A stretch of DNA of 64,000 nucleotides, taken from Octopus sinensis. Lineage: Eukaryota. Positions 38,300 to 52,500 of the stretch are shown piece after piece. Under the pieces are notes generated by a model. It saw only the letters and a list, made by a program, of their open reading frames with translations. It did no database searches and was not told the origin of the DNA. The position numbers and the translations under genes were made by a program. The stretch spans positions 107,632,001-107,696,000 of the forward strand of contig NC_043002.1 of NCBI RefSeq assembly GCF_006345805.1, in the 5' to 3' direction. Each line of letters begins with the position of its first letter. Position 1 is the stretch's first letter.

Positions 38300-38616
38300 A
38301 CTTGTTTAGTAGTTAATGCACTCAGCTCACGATCGCAAGGCCGCGAGTTCCATTCCCGGTGGTGCCTTCTCACCTTGAATAAAACACTTTAATTCACGTT
38401 ACTGCTGTTCACTCAGGTGGCAACAATGAGTTGTACCTGTAATTAAATAAGGGCCAGTTTGTCACATTCTGTATCACACTGAATCTCCCTAAGAACTATG
38501 TTAAAGGTCCGCGTGTCTGTGGAGTACTCAGCCACATGCACATTAATTTCACGAGCCGACTGTTCCGTGGATCAGATCACCTGGTACAGTCATCGTCGTG
38601 ACCAACGGAGTACCAG
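38300..38616 (+). mobile_element. Old SINE with F-like head and B-like tail
   Basis: CCTTGAATAAAACACTTT..CACTCAG central domain; tail aligns to 21017-21185. Confidence 0.65.
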
Positions 38617-38683
38617 TTTCACACACACTCCCAATCTCTAACCAAAGACATCTATGACCATCTCGTACGCTTTTGAAAGATAT

Positions 38684-38879
38684 CTTTACTCCTGTACTCT
38701 TTTACTTGATTCAGTCATTTGACTGTGGTCATGCTGGAGCACCGCCTTTAGTCGAGCAAATTGACCCCAGGACTTATTCTTTGTAAGCCTAGTACTTATT
38801 CTATCGGTCTCTTTTGCTGAACCGCTAAGTTACGGGGACTTAAACTCACCAGCATCGGTTGTTAAGCGATGTTGGGGGG

Positions 38880-38941
<62 letters not shown>

Positions 38942-39087
38942 TACACACGACGGGCTTCTTTCAGTTTCCGTCTACCAAATCCACTCACAAGTCTTTGGTC
39001 GGCCCGAGGCTATTGTAGAAGATACTTGCCCAAGGTGCCACTCAGTGGGAATGAACCCGGAACCATGTGGCTGGTGAGCAAGCTACT
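38684..39087 (-). mobile_element. SINE family A with 5' end lost at the junction with the ORF1-only element
   Basis: Family A pattern ends at AGCTACTT. Confidence 0.85.
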
Positions 39088-40490
39088 TTTATTGATTAAA
39101 TTTGCCATGTAGGCAGCACAGAGATACGGTAGCTTTCTGGGCTGGACACAGACATTGATGAGGCGAATGATTATGATACAAAAATGATGAAGATGGGAGA
39201 TGACAGAAAGCGCCCGCCGACCCTCTGCTTCTCTAAAACATTGTTCTTTAAAAACGCATATACAGACGTATTAACCCTCTTACAATTTAAAATACAATAC
39301 ATTTGGACTAAAAAGTCCATACAATTATAAAACACAATTTATACACAAATTGGAGGCGATAAATCTCTACAGTCCTTCCCCGAGTAATTTTCTTGCAACT
39401 TGCAGGCATTCCCGCAACCGCGATCCGGGGCTCAAAAAAAAATTCTATAATTCTCGTTTTTATACGAGTCAGTTATGAGATCACAATACTTTCTTTCCAG
39501 CACCAGAACAGCCAGCTGCGGAGGCCACTCTGGGCTGTCAATACAAGTCGTGTCCCCCAGGACCCGACTATCCATATTATTCTCCACGAAACTGTCAATA
39601 GCCCCTCCCCTGAGATAGAAGAACATATATTCTTCACCACTTTCACTGGGACGGGCCTCAACTCCCTCGCTCGGTGGCACACATCCCACTGACAAGGTTA
39701 TCTCCCACCCCCTCCAGTGGCACACATCCCACCAAAGGGGTTTCGGGACATGCTGTCGCCGGCAATGCTCCGTTTTTTTTTCTCTTCTTTTTTCCTTTTA
39801 CAACTGGAGGGTGGAGTTCCTCCGACATCTCCGGAGGATCTTCCCTCACCGTCTCAGGAACCATTGTTGCCCACCTTCTTTCTTATCCTTTGTTTTCAGG
39901 AGGTTACCTCCTCCTCGACTTTTTCTTCCACTGGGGGAACAGAGGACACCTTTTCAATTAACTGTTCCAGGACCCTTGCCTGGTCCGGCGACAGTTCTTT
40001 ATATGGCTCGATTCCAGGCATAGGTGACACTTGGGGGGACGTCCTTCAACCATCCCCGGGTACCTGGAACCAGCCATTGTTAAAAAATCTGGTAAAACCA
40101 GATCATCGGCTGATTGGGTCCATAGGGTCAAAATTGTTTTGACCCGACCCAATCAACCGCAGGCAACATTTTTACATTTAAGAGTCTGGCAGCGCCGCCA
40201 CCCTGGCCCCGACGGATAGTGTCTTCTATCCACTCAGCCTCTATAACGGATGGCATCCCACACAACCAGGATCTTATCAACCTTCTACCGCCATAAGTAG
40301 GGAGAAACAACATTTTCTTGCCCTCCAAAGGCGTGGTCGCAAAATCACGAGCTTCCGCAGGGGTGTTAAAAAGTACACACACAGTTCCATACTTCGCACC
40401 TCTGCGGATAAACTTAACAGTTAGCAGATAGTCTGCCAACTCCTGCTCAATTTCTTCCTCGGAGAAGACCTTGATGGTGTCAAGGACCCT
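39088..40490 (-). mobile_element. ORF1/gag-like-only retroelement (HAL1-like), decayed and 5'-truncated
   Basis: Possible RRM-like segment TVKFIRRGAKYGTVCVLFNTPAEARDFA; knuckle VEGRPPKCHLCLESSHIKNC; AATAAA on minus at 39088-39093; no endonuclease/RT motifs seen. Confidence 0.65.
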
Positions 40491-40493
40491 GTG

Positions 40494-40560
<67 letters not shown>

Positions 40561-40571
40561 CATCATTATTA

Positions 40572-40782
40572 TTCAGTAGTTTTATTTTTATAACGTGCTT
40601 TCACTTCACTACCGAGCGCAGCTCTGTGTGCCTTGGGTATGTGCTGTGATTTGTTGTGATGCTCTGATGGTTATTGTACGGAAAGTGTTCTGCGTAGGAT
40701 GTGTGCAGTGCCTAGTAGTGCAATTTTCTGTATGTTATATATGTTTGTAAGTCCTGGTGTTTTTGTTATGTATTTGTCTGAA

Positions 40783-40786
<4 letters not shown>
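40572..40786 (-). mobile_element. R4/Dong 3' end fragment in (AAT)n
   Basis: KYSDKYITKTPGLTNIYNIQKIALLGTAHILRRTLSVQ*. Confidence 0.9.
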
Positions 40787-40852
<66 letters not shown>

Positions 40853-41133
40853 CATCATTATTTTTATTATTATTATTATTCAGGTCACTGGTGGTGGTGG
40901 TGGTTTTGGTGTTGGTAGTTTTGGTGTTGGTGGTGTTGGTGTTGGTGATGTTGGCGGTGGTGGTGGTTTTGGTGGTAGTGCTAGTGGTGATGATGGTGTT
41001 GTTGTTGATGCTAGTGGTGATGATGCTGGTAACCGTTGACGTTAATGGTGGGAAAAATTTTATTAAAATTGAAAGTAAATCCACCGTCGCAAGTAATTAA
41101 TCATCGTTATTTCTCGACGTCTGTACTAACTAG

Positions 41134-41204
<71 letters not shown>

Positions 41205-41852
41205 AGCATAGACGCACACATTCTCCCTCTCATTCTCTCACATTCTCGGTCTCTCTTGCTCTCTGCATCTGTCTCTTTCTCTCACAGACTCTTTATCTCT
41301 ATATCTCCTCTCCTTGCATCTGTCAATCTATTTATGTTTGTCTGTCTGTCTGTCAGTTTGTCTGCCTATTTATCTTTCCATCTTTATCTTTTTATCTATC
41401 TATTTATCTATCTAACTGTCTATTTCTCTCTCTCTCTCTCCATCTCTCTCCCCCTCTCTCTCTCTCTCCATCTCTCTCCCCCTCTCTCTCCATCTCTCTC
41501 CCCTCTCTCTCTTTCTCTCTCTCTCTCCATATTTCATGTCATTTCAATTAGCAACGTAAACAGTTCGCAATTGTACCGCTTATCTCTTTTCTTTCTCTCT
41601 GTCCATTTCTTTCTCTTCCTCCCATACCAATTCCTATTTTTGCAGGAATTTCTGTATTCTCATAGTGAAACATTCCATAATTGTCCCTATTTAACATATC
41701 TATAGACTAATTCATTCTCAATAATAAAGTAAGTGAAACAACCTGACCTCATCCAAGATTCGAAACATGTTCACGGTCTTCATCCTACGATATTTTACCT
41801 CTTCTTCCCCATCGATCCTAAGTTACATTATTGTTAATATAATTTCCATCTT

Positions 41853-42568
41853 AGGACGGTGAGCTGGCAGAATCGTTACCACCCTGGGCGAAACGCTTAG
41901 CAGTATTTCGTCTGCCATTACGTTCTGAGTTCAAATGCCGCCGAGGTCGACTTTGCCTCTCATCCTTTCAGGGTCGATAAATTAAGTACCAGTTACGCAC
42001 TGGGGTCGATATAATCGACTTAATCCGTATGTCTGTCCTTGTTTGTCCTCTCTGTGTTTAGCCCCTTGTGGGTAGTAAAGAATTAGGTATTTCATCTGCC
42101 GTTACGTTCTGCGTTCAAGTTCCGCCGAGGTCGACTTTGCCTTTCATCCTTTCGGGGTCGATTAAATAAGTACCAGTTACGCACTGGGGTCGATATAATC
42201 GATTTAATCCGTTCGTCTGTCCTTACTTGTCCTCTCTGTGTTTAGCCCCTTATGGGTAGTAAAGAAATAGGTATTTCATCTGCCGTTACGTTCTGCATTC
42301 AAGTTCCGCCGAGGTCGACTTTGCCTTTTATCCTTTCGGAGCCGATAAATTAAGTACCAGTTGCGTACTGCGGTCGATCTATTCGACTGGCCCCTCCCTA
42401 CAAATTTCGGGCCTTGTGCCTATAGTAGAAAAGAATATTTAGCCGTTAAAGTTTATCATTATTAGCTCTGGTCGATTAAATAGGTACCAGTAACGCACTG
42501 GGGTCGATGTAATCGACTTAATCCCTTGTTTGTCCTATGTTTAGCCCCTTGTGGGCAATAAGGAAATA
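41853..42568 (+). mobile_element. SINE family D with ~3.5 tandem internal units
   Basis: TSD AATATAATTTC(C/T)ATCTT at 41836-41852 and 42569-42585; A box TGGCAGAATCG, B box GAGTTCAAAT. Confidence 0.9.
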
Positions 42569-42876
42569 AATATAATTTCTATCTTGGAAGTGAGGAAATA
42601 GTAGTGCGAATAAGTGGCGTTCATTCATTTCCTTGTTAGTTGAATCAATTTCAGGTATTTTTGTGAGAGATTATCTTCATGTGTTTTGTATTAGCGACAG
42701 AAGCAGCATAAATGCGAAAAAAGTTATATTTATCCCCACTTAAATGGATGGTTATGTAAACAAGAGTACTTATATGTACCAAAAGACCATACGAGAGGTT
42801 CTCTCATGGTAAGTATCGCAGTATATTGTGTTCTAACACAGCATCCACTTGTTAAGTGAAGATAAATATTATTATT

Positions 42877-43432
42877 GAGTGAGAGAGCAGGGCATACCAT
42901 CAAAGTGACAACGGGGTACAATTATATGAAGCCCAGTATACCCATCATGACTACCTGTCTGATAAGGGTACACTAGGCACATGCATCACAACCAAATGTG
43001 CACGACATGGTGATCTCATATCAAGATAAACAGCACATGACCTTGCAGGTGGACAGAGTTAGAATTTTCTTTCGATCGAGTAGCCCATCCCGCTCAAAAG
43101 GTCCCTGAATAAGGGTTGTTTAAGGATGTTGAACAAAACACCCACGTTTCCAGTGGTGAATTATTCAAACCCCAAAGAATCCCTCTCAACACACGGCTAT
43201 GATGCTACCCCACTACTTCTGCTCGTGATCAGAGATGCACATATCGTCAGCTACTAAGGGACATGCTCAACTGGTTACGGTCAAACAACTGACAAGCAAA
43301 TCTGTGGTATTGAGCAGAATATTTGCTGCAGCCCATCTTTTATAGCAAGACAAAACAATGTACATGATAACACTTCCAATCAGTTAAGATCAGAAGCCAT
43401 GAGAGCCACTGCCTGGTACTGCATCAGAGCAT
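42877..43432 (-). mobile_element. Family C element, apparently full length (~556 bp), ATT repeats on both sides
   Basis: Each end is shared with another copy (19135 and 1-43). Confidence 0.8.
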
Positions 43433-43465
43433 TTATTATTATTATTACTACTATTATTATTATTA

Positions 43466-43532
<67 letters not shown>

Positions 43533-43534
<2 letters not shown>

Positions 43535-43710
43535 GGCGGCGAGTTGGCAGAATCGTTAGCACGCTGGGCTAAATGTTTAGTGGTATTTCGCCCGTCGCTA
43601 CGTTCTGAGTTCAAATGCCGCCGAGATCGACTTTGTCTTTCATCCTTTCGGGGTCGATAAACTAAGCCCCAGTGCTTCATTGGGGTCGATGTAATCGACT
43701 ATTCCCCTGT
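43533..43710 (+). mobile_element. SINE family D monomer
   Basis: Family D head and core. Confidence 0.85.
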
Positions 43711-44348
43711 TTCGAAATTTGAATCCTTTATTATTATCATCATCATCATCATCATCATCATTATTTTTCTCTAACGTATCAATGTTTACAGACTTTACTT
43801 CTTAGTTTCGACGCAGAAGCGTCCCTGGGTATTTTGTCTTTTTATGTTTTGTCGTTTTGTCGTTCTATGTTTATATATATCGGCAATGTGTAGATGCCTT
43901 CAAATAAAATGAATGTCTTTCATTCCAGAGTTAAACATGATTTCCAGACCGGAATGTTGTCAATGCAATAACTTAAATCAGTGGAATTCCTTAGATTCTT
44001 ACCTTACTTCCGCTCAACCCCTTATTGTGGTCGATCAGCATGCTAAAAATAGCAGCCAATATTTCCCAATTTACATCGTACAGTCAAGAAAAGGAAGTGA
44101 CATAGTACTAGATAGCCTAGTACTAGATTCACAGTTCTCAAGAAAAAGGTGGGATTGTCACGGTTGTAACGCCTTTGATCATAGGTCTGGTCTGGTCTGG
44201 TCTGGTCAGTCAGGTATGGCCTGGTGTTAAACAGCAGCAACAAGACCGACAACAACATGGATTTATTCGGATTTCTTCGGAACAAGTTGAGGTGATTATT
44301 GGTTATGTAAGATACATTCCTCTAACCTAATGCCCTCAGCATAGCAGC

Positions 44349-44380
<32 letters not shown>

Positions 44381-44401
44381 CTACTACTACTACTACTACT
44401 A

Positions 44402-44437
<36 letters not shown>

Positions 44438-44757
44438 TTACTACTACTTACGGAATTGCTGAAGTGTTTCCGTATTGCTTCATCGTCGACTTCCGCCGTG
44501 CTGTTCCGTTGGTCTGTCGGTTAAGTGAGTTATATTCCGTCTGGGCGCGGAGTTTATATTTAGTTAATGATCGACAGAGTGTGTCCGTGAGTTTGTATGT
44601 GTGTGTGTGTGTTTATGTGTATGTGTATATGAGTGTTAGCGTGCGCACTTTTCCTATGTTTTGGAGTGCTTGACATGCACTTCCATATTCCGTGTTAGTT
44701 TCCTCATGCACAAGCGAGAACACAAACACATGCTCACATTTACAAACAACACACACA

Positions 44758-44795
<38 letters not shown>

Positions 44796-44841
44796 TACAT
44801 ATTTATATAAGCCATAAAAAGTTAGAAGCAATTTGTCCGTC

Positions 44842-44978
44842 AAGGTCGACTTTGCCTTTCATCGTTTCGGGGTCGATAAATTAAGTATCATTTGAGCCCT
44901 GGGATTGATGTAATTGACAACACCCAACCCCAACACCACGAAATCGTAGGCTTTGTGCCAAAATTTGAAACCAATATT
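44842..44978 (+). mobile_element. SINE family D 3' fragment
   Basis: GGTCGACTTTGCCTTTCATC..GGGGTCGATAAATTAAGTA. Confidence 0.75.
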
Positions 44979-45366
44979 ACAAGTAGCGTGATTTGAGGAA
45001 GATTTGACTGTCCTTTCTAGCAGCACGAGCTACTTCTCAGAAGCACCTTCACCTTATTGTTGTTGCTGTTGCTGTCTTCTTATTCTTCGAATCAGGACTC
45101 ACGCCATTAGCTACAAAGAATAATCTCTAATTCGAGCCTACTCTAAGCTACTAAGAATGCGTGTGGCAAGATCCACTCACCACATGCGACAGACTGGCGG
45201 TTGCACGGGCGCGAAAGCTACGTTGTTATCCTCATTCCGTATACGGTGGCTTTTAACGGGTGGAGAGCTGAACTATCCTGGAGGATTCGCAATCTAGACT
45301 AGGGTCTGAAAGTTTACCACACCATAGTGGGTTACACCATGGTTCCTCTGCTTTGCGGCAGATGTA

Positions 45367-45550
45367 GGAAGAAAGAGTGAGAGAAAGTCATGGTGACAGA
45401 ATACAGCGGGGTTCACCACCCCGCGCCAGAGCCTCGTGGAGCTTAGGTGTTTTTGCTCAATAAACACTCACAATGCCCGATCTGGGAATCGAAACCGCGT
45501 TCTTACGACCGCGAGTCCGTTGCCCTAACCACTGGACCATTGCGCCTCCA
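45367..45550 (-). mobile_element. SINE family B 5' half
   Basis: Reverse complement of the B head. Confidence 0.85.
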
Positions 45551-46136
45551 CTGTTGCTGCTGTTGTTTCTATTGCTACTGCTGTCATAATTGTTGCTGTT
45601 ATAGCCCCAAGTCAGCCCTCAACGGGCAGGCCTAAGACTGAGGGCATTCCAGCCGTGGCACGCTGTCTTTGTAGGGGTGTCTAGCATTTACAGTACCTTA
45701 AGTGTATTTCCTTTTTTATGACATTAGGATATGTTGAATGAATTTGGTTGTTATTTCTAGCATGCTCAGCGGACATGCTAGTTAGTTAGTTTGTCGTCTG
45801 TGTTCGAGAGAAATAAGAAACTGAAAGCTTGGCACATACATTCGTATTTTTATTGTGAAATAATATTTACAAGTTATATTCAGAGATTGAAAACTAGCGG
45901 CCATTAAACGGCTTCAAACGAGGGGATTTTCTTCAATGATATCTGATAAGTCCTACACCAGAAACAATGCAAAAAGAAATAGCTGTTATACAGTCAATGC
46001 TATTTGTTTGCTTATTCTGTTGTTGTGGTGGTGGTGGTTGTTTTGTTTTCGGTTGCAATATTTATCAAAATCGCTCAAGTGTCTACATCCGATGTTGTTA
46101 TCTGAGAGCCACCGCGATAAAATGATGATGATGATG

Positions 46137-46211
<75 letters not shown>

Positions 46212-46214
<3 letters not shown>

Positions 46215-46782
46215 GAGTTGGAACCTACATACATTGGAAGCTATGCCAACATTATGGAATAACAACAGAAAAAAGATGGTGTAGGCACATACCAGAAAAG
46301 GTCACAGAAAACGAGAAAGCAACCATACTCTGGGATATGCCGATACACACAGATAGAGAAATTAAGGCCAGCAGACCAGATATAGTTGTCAGAGATCATG
46401 AAGAAAAAAAATGCTTTCTAATTGATGTATCAATACCGGCAGATGACAACGTGTCTCTAAAAGAAATGGAGAAACTCTCAAAATACAAAGACCTGGAAAT
46501 AGAGATAACTAGAATGTGGAACCTGAAAACAGAAACAATTTTTATCATAGTAGGTGCATTAGGCATGATAAAAAAATATTCAGACAAATACATAACAAAA
46601 ACACCAGGACTTACAAACATATAACATACAGAAAATTGCACTACTAGGCACTGCACACATCCTACGCAGAACACTTTCCATACAATAACCATCAGAGCAT
46701 CACAACAAATCACAGCACATACCCAAGGCACACAGAGCTGCGCTCGGTAGTGAAGTGAAAGCACGCTATAAAAATAAAACTA

Positions 46783-46787
<5 letters not shown>
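46212..46787 (+). mobile_element. R4/Dong-clade LINE 3' end (RLE endonuclease domain) within (AAT)n
   Basis: [68 protein letters not shown]. Confidence 0.92.
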
Positions 46788-46850
<63 letters not shown>

Positions 46851-46851
46851 C

Positions 46852-46935
<84 letters not shown>

Positions 46936-47301
46936 GCAACTCCACCCATCAACTCGCTTACCCTCACCATCCCCCGAAAATAACTGTAATACAAATTTGT
47001 AGAAAATGGTGGTTTATTCTTTATTATCAGAAAAATTCCACTGTGTCAGGTAAATTTGTTTCTCCATTTTGTTTTCAAATTATATTTATTTATTTTGTTC
47101 GTGTGTGTCTGAACTGAAATTAGAGAGAAAAAAAAAATAAATAAATAAACTCAATTTTTTTCCTCGTTCTCCATTTTCATATTGGAATTTACCTGAAATA
47201 ACAAGAATTTTATTATTTTCAGAATCAAGACTCCAGATTTCAGTTCCAGTTTTTTTTTTTTTTTCACATATTTCTAAAAGAAAAAAAAAGTATTTATTAG
47301 T

Positions 47302-47698
47302 TACTCTTTTACACTGTTACTTGTTTCAGTCATTTGACTGTGGCCATGCTGGAACATCGCCTTTAGTCGAGCAAATCTACCCCAGTACGTATTCTTTGTA
47401 ATCCTGTTACTTATTCTAACGGTCTCTTTTGCCGAACCGCTAAGTTACGGGGTCGTAAACTTATCAGCATCGGTTGTCAAGCGATGTTAGGGGATAAACA
47501 CTGACACACAAACACACACACACATATATATACACATATACGACGGGCTTCTTTCAGTTTCCGTCTACCAAATCCGCTCACAAGGCTTTGATCGGCTCGA
47601 GGCTAGAGCAGAAGACACTTGCCAAAAATGCCACGCAGTGGGACTGAACCCGGAACCATGTGGTTGGTAAGCAAGCTACTTACCACACAGCCACGCCT
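47302..47698 (-). mobile_element. SINE family A, full length
   Basis: Family A pattern. Confidence 0.9.
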
Positions 47699-48131
47699 AA
47701 TTTTGAAATAAGAACTTTAAAATTTCGGTAGACAGTTCCCCTAATTTACTTTGGTGATGGGGACGACGTAACCGAGATAAGAGACAGGCAGATTTAATGC
47801 ATAGAAAGAATTTTAAGTCATGCTTCTCGATTTTCTTGTTTCAAACCAAAAAATTAATATCAGTTAATTATTCGAGGTTTTCGCGTGAGAATGTGAAAGA
47901 AAATTCCTAATAAGTATAAAGGAAATTGCTTCAAAGAAAATTATTCGCAAAAATCTCAAATTTCAGTCAATAAATAAGGCGTTGGTGGAGGGAAACATTT
48001 TGAAGACATTTCCACAAATATTTAACTTTTTGTGTGTGTGCCGAACGTAATCTTTGAAAAGCAGGCGTCAGGTCTTTCCATGGCAAACGGTCTTCCAAGT
48101 TTGTGAATTTTTATAGCATTTCAAAATTAAT

Positions 48132-48295
48132 AGGTACAGGAGTGGCTGTGTGGTACGTAGCTTGCTTACTGACCACATGGTTCCGGGTTCGGTCCCACTG
48201 CGTGGTACCTTGGGCAAGTGTCCTTTACTATAGCCTCGGGCCGACCAAAGCCTTGTGAGTGGATTTGGTAGACGGAAACTGAAAGAAGCCCGTCG

Positions 48296-48385
<90 letters not shown>

Positions 48386-48590
48386 TTGTGTGTGTGTGTT
48401 TGTCCCTCCAACATCACTTGACAACCGATGTTGTTGTGTTTACGTCCCCGTAACTTAGCGGTTCGGCAAATGATCCCGATAGAATAAGTACTAGGCTTGC
48501 AAAGAATAAGTCCTGCGGGGGTGGATTTGCTCGACTAAAGGCGATGTTCCGCATGGCCGCAGTCACGTGACTGAAACAAATAAAAAAATT
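48132..48590 (+). mobile_element. SINE family A, full length
   Basis: Family A pattern. Confidence 0.9.
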
Positions 48591-48925
48591 AAAAAAATAA
48601 CAGAATACCGGATTGTTACCGATGTGAGACGAAATCGAGTGAAAAGCCTTGAACTGAACTTAATTCAGAAATTAAATCGGAGTCTTTTACCTTTTCCATG
48701 TTTCAGTCTTTAGAATTTTTAGTCTTGAAGAATGAATCCACCACAGTACTTATTTTTTTTTATTAAACTAGGTCCTTATTTTATCGGTCTTGTTTGCCGA
48801 ACCGGTAAGTTACGGAGACGTAAACACACCAACACCGGTTGTCAAGTAGTGTTGTGGACAAGTACACCCAGAGTCCCCCCACCAACACACACACACATAT
48901 ATATATATACATATATATACATATA

Positions 48926-49377
<452 letters not shown>

Positions 49378-49720
49378 CACACACGCAACAGGCCTCTTTC
49401 AGCTTTCGTCTACCAAATCCTCTCACAAAATTTGGTTGGCCTAATGCTATAATAGAAGACACTAGCCCTTGGTGCCCCAGCATGGCCGCAGTCTAATCAT
49501 TGAAACAGATAAAAGATATATTTCTACAACTGTCTTGTTTCCTTTCACTGTTCTTGAAAAACAAAAACCCAAAATAAATGTAAAAATTAATTTTTATAGA
49601 TTTGTTTAGCTTTACATTTAGTTTGTCTTGTTTTCTTTCACGAATCGCCATATCCACTGAACCGATTTAAAAGCCATCATATCACTCACTAGATTTGCTT
49701 TAAGAGACCTACTTTCTTTC

Positions 49721-50965
49721 AGAATTGTTTCTCTATTATATATTTTAACCTTTTCGTTACCATATTTCTGTTTAGGCGCTCTGTGTTTCTTTCAATTAAT
49801 TTTAAATATAACAAAGAATTTAGTAAAATAACTTAGTTATCATTCAGCTAGTGTTAGGAACATAAATTGTGACTAAGGTTTGGTGGAAGATTTTAATTGA
49901 AAACTTATGAAAACATGACATTTGTACTACAGAGCCAGAGGTGGTTTCAACCGGGTTGGTATCGAAAGGGTTAAGAATTGTTTCTCTATCATATATTTTA
50001 ACCTTTTCATTACCATATTTCTGTTGAGGTGCTCTGTGTTTCTTTCAATTAATTTTAAATATAACAAAGAATTTAGTAAAATAACTTAGCTATCCTTCAG
50101 CTAGTGTTAGGGACATAAATTGTGACTAAGGTTTGGTGGAAGATTTTAATTGAAAACTTATGAAAACATGACATTTGTACTACAGAGCCAGAGGTGGTTT
50201 CAACCGGGTTGGTATCGAAAGGGTTAAGAATTGTTTCTCTATTATATATTTTATCCTTTTCATTACCATATTTCTGTTGAGATGCTCTGTGTTTCTTTCA
50301 ATTAATTTTAAATATAACAAAGAATTTAGTAAAATAACTTAGTTATCATTCAGCTATTGTTGGGAACATAAATTGTGACTAAGGTTTGGTGGAAGATTTT
50401 AATTGAAAACTTATGAAAACATGACATTTGTACTGCAGAGCCAGAGGTGGTTTCAACCGGGTTGGTATCGAAAGGGTTAAGAATTGTTTCTCTATTATAT
50501 ATTTTAACATTTTCATTACCATATTTCTGTTGAGGTGCTCTGTGTTTCTTTCAATTAATTTTAAATATAACAAAGAATTTAGTAAAATAACTTAGCTATC
50601 ATTCAGCTATTGTTGGGAACATAAATTGTGACTAAGGTTTGGTGGAAGATTATAATTCAAAACTAATGAAAACAAGACATTTGTACTGCAGAGCCAGAGG
50701 TGGTTTCAACCGGGTTGGTATCGAAGGGTTAAGAATTGTTTCTCTATTATATATTTTAACATTTTCATTACCATATTTCTGTTGAGGTGCTCTGTGTTTC
50801 TTTCAATTAATTTTAAATATAACAAAGAATTTAGTAAAATAACTTAGCTATCATTCAGCTATTGTTGGGAACATAAATTGTGACTAAGGTTTGGTGGAAG
50901 ATTATAATTCAAAACTAATGAAAACAAGACATTTGTACTCAGAGCCAGAGGTGGTTTCAGCTGGG
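49721..50965. repeat. Tandem array of ~5 x 253 bp, each unit a piggyBac-like MITE plus spacer
   Basis: TTAA|CCTTTTCGTTACCA..TGGTATCGAAAGGG|TTAA; unit starts at 49745, 49998, 50251, 50504, 50756. Confidence 0.85.
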
Positions 50966-51573
50966 TTACCGAATTATATAGAAACCACCTGTTGCCTTAT
51001 TGCAATTGTGTTGTGACGTCCGTTGAGAGCTAAATAAGGGCAGCAGTCACGGACATGTTACGTTGGAATTACATTACTGTGACGTCATTGGAAACATTTA
51101 TCTCCCTTCACCACAGATCCCTGGCTACATCTGCCATTTTGCCAGAAATGTATCCATGTATAACGAACGAACATGGAAAGCTAGAGACGCATCAATCAAA
51201 TTCTGATAGAAGAGGAGTTTGTCTTTATCACCGACATCAATTCCTCACCAATGTAAATAATCTTCACGAGGACTTTCAATGTAGAAATAGTTCTGCCAAT
51301 ATATTTACTTCTTGCGTTATCTTTGCCATATATTCTTGGGAGTCTATTCTTGAGAGATTTATTTATCGAGATGCCTCGTGTATATAATATATCCTTGATC
51401 ACAGTTCCTGCGTTTCTTTTCCGGTTTACCAGACATGGCGGCGGGATCGGTGGTGCTCAATGAAACCATTATGTCACTGTCTGTTTCACGGCCTATCTGG
51501 CTGCAGTAATATGTGTATACTCACATACGTATATATATATAGATATATATGCGTGCGGATGTGTGTGTGTGTG

Positions 51574-51627
<54 letters not shown>

Positions 51628-51653
51628 ATATACATATATATACACACACATAC

Positions 51654-51684
<31 letters not shown>

Positions 51685-51930
51685 CGCATACACACATATA
51701 TATACATATATATATACATGGATAGACAGATACGTATATATATATGTGTGTGTGTATGTATATACATATTCAAATATACATGTATATCTATATATACATA
51801 TTATATTAATATATTTATATATTGTATACACACACATACATATGCATAACATATACATACATATATACATACATAAATACATAAATACGTACATATATAC
51901 ATACATAAATACATACATACGTACATATAT

Positions 51931-51987
<57 letters not shown>

Positions 51988-51994
51988 GTATGCA

Positions 51995-52495
51995 TATGGT
52001 CGACAGAAAAGTTCAAGACTGACCAAGACACTCTTACGTAATATGACCAAATGAGGTTTATATTCATAGTCCCCACCCCTTGCGGTCCATACACGTCTTC
52101 CATCGGTGTTGCAATGCTTGGATCCCATTCATGATAAAGTTTTCATCCTGTTGGTCAAAAAACTCATCAACACTGTGATACTGGTTCCCAGCCAAGTGTT
52201 TTTTTTTCATGTTGGGGGAACAGATGACAGTGAAATCAGAGTAGCGACGGTGACCAACAACCAGTTCAAAGCCACAGTCACTCACAGGAGCTATTGAAAC
52301 CAAGGATTTGGGATCAGGACCATTGTCCTGATAAAACAAGTCCGCTTTCGTCAGTTTTCCGGAACGTTTGATCTTGGTAGCCTTTCGTAACTGCCTCAAC
52401 AATTTGGCATAGGACCCTCCATTGACTGTGCAGCCTTTTTGAAGATAGTCGATAAACACAATATCTTTTGCATCTCAAAAAACTGCAATGTTTAT
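51995..52495 (-). mobile_element. Mariner transposase C-terminal fragment (decayed)
   Basis: FIDYLQKGCTVNGGSYAKLLRQLR..FYQDNG..GFELV..GIQALQHRWKTCMDRKG. Confidence 0.9.
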
Positions 52496-52500
52496 GCGTA

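Noticed and set aside
43795-43830. GACGC-TTCT-GCGTC GAAAC on the minus strand
   Set aside because: Hairpin plus GAAAC only; catalytic core absent
49721-50965. Regular array as possible CRISPR
   Set aside because: Whole units repeat with no unique spacers, no cas genes, eukaryotic context
51110-51445. GCCGCCATG start context on minus ([10 protein letters not shown]..)
   Set aside because: Stop after 25 codons and no recognisable homology; cannot support a gene or pseudogene call
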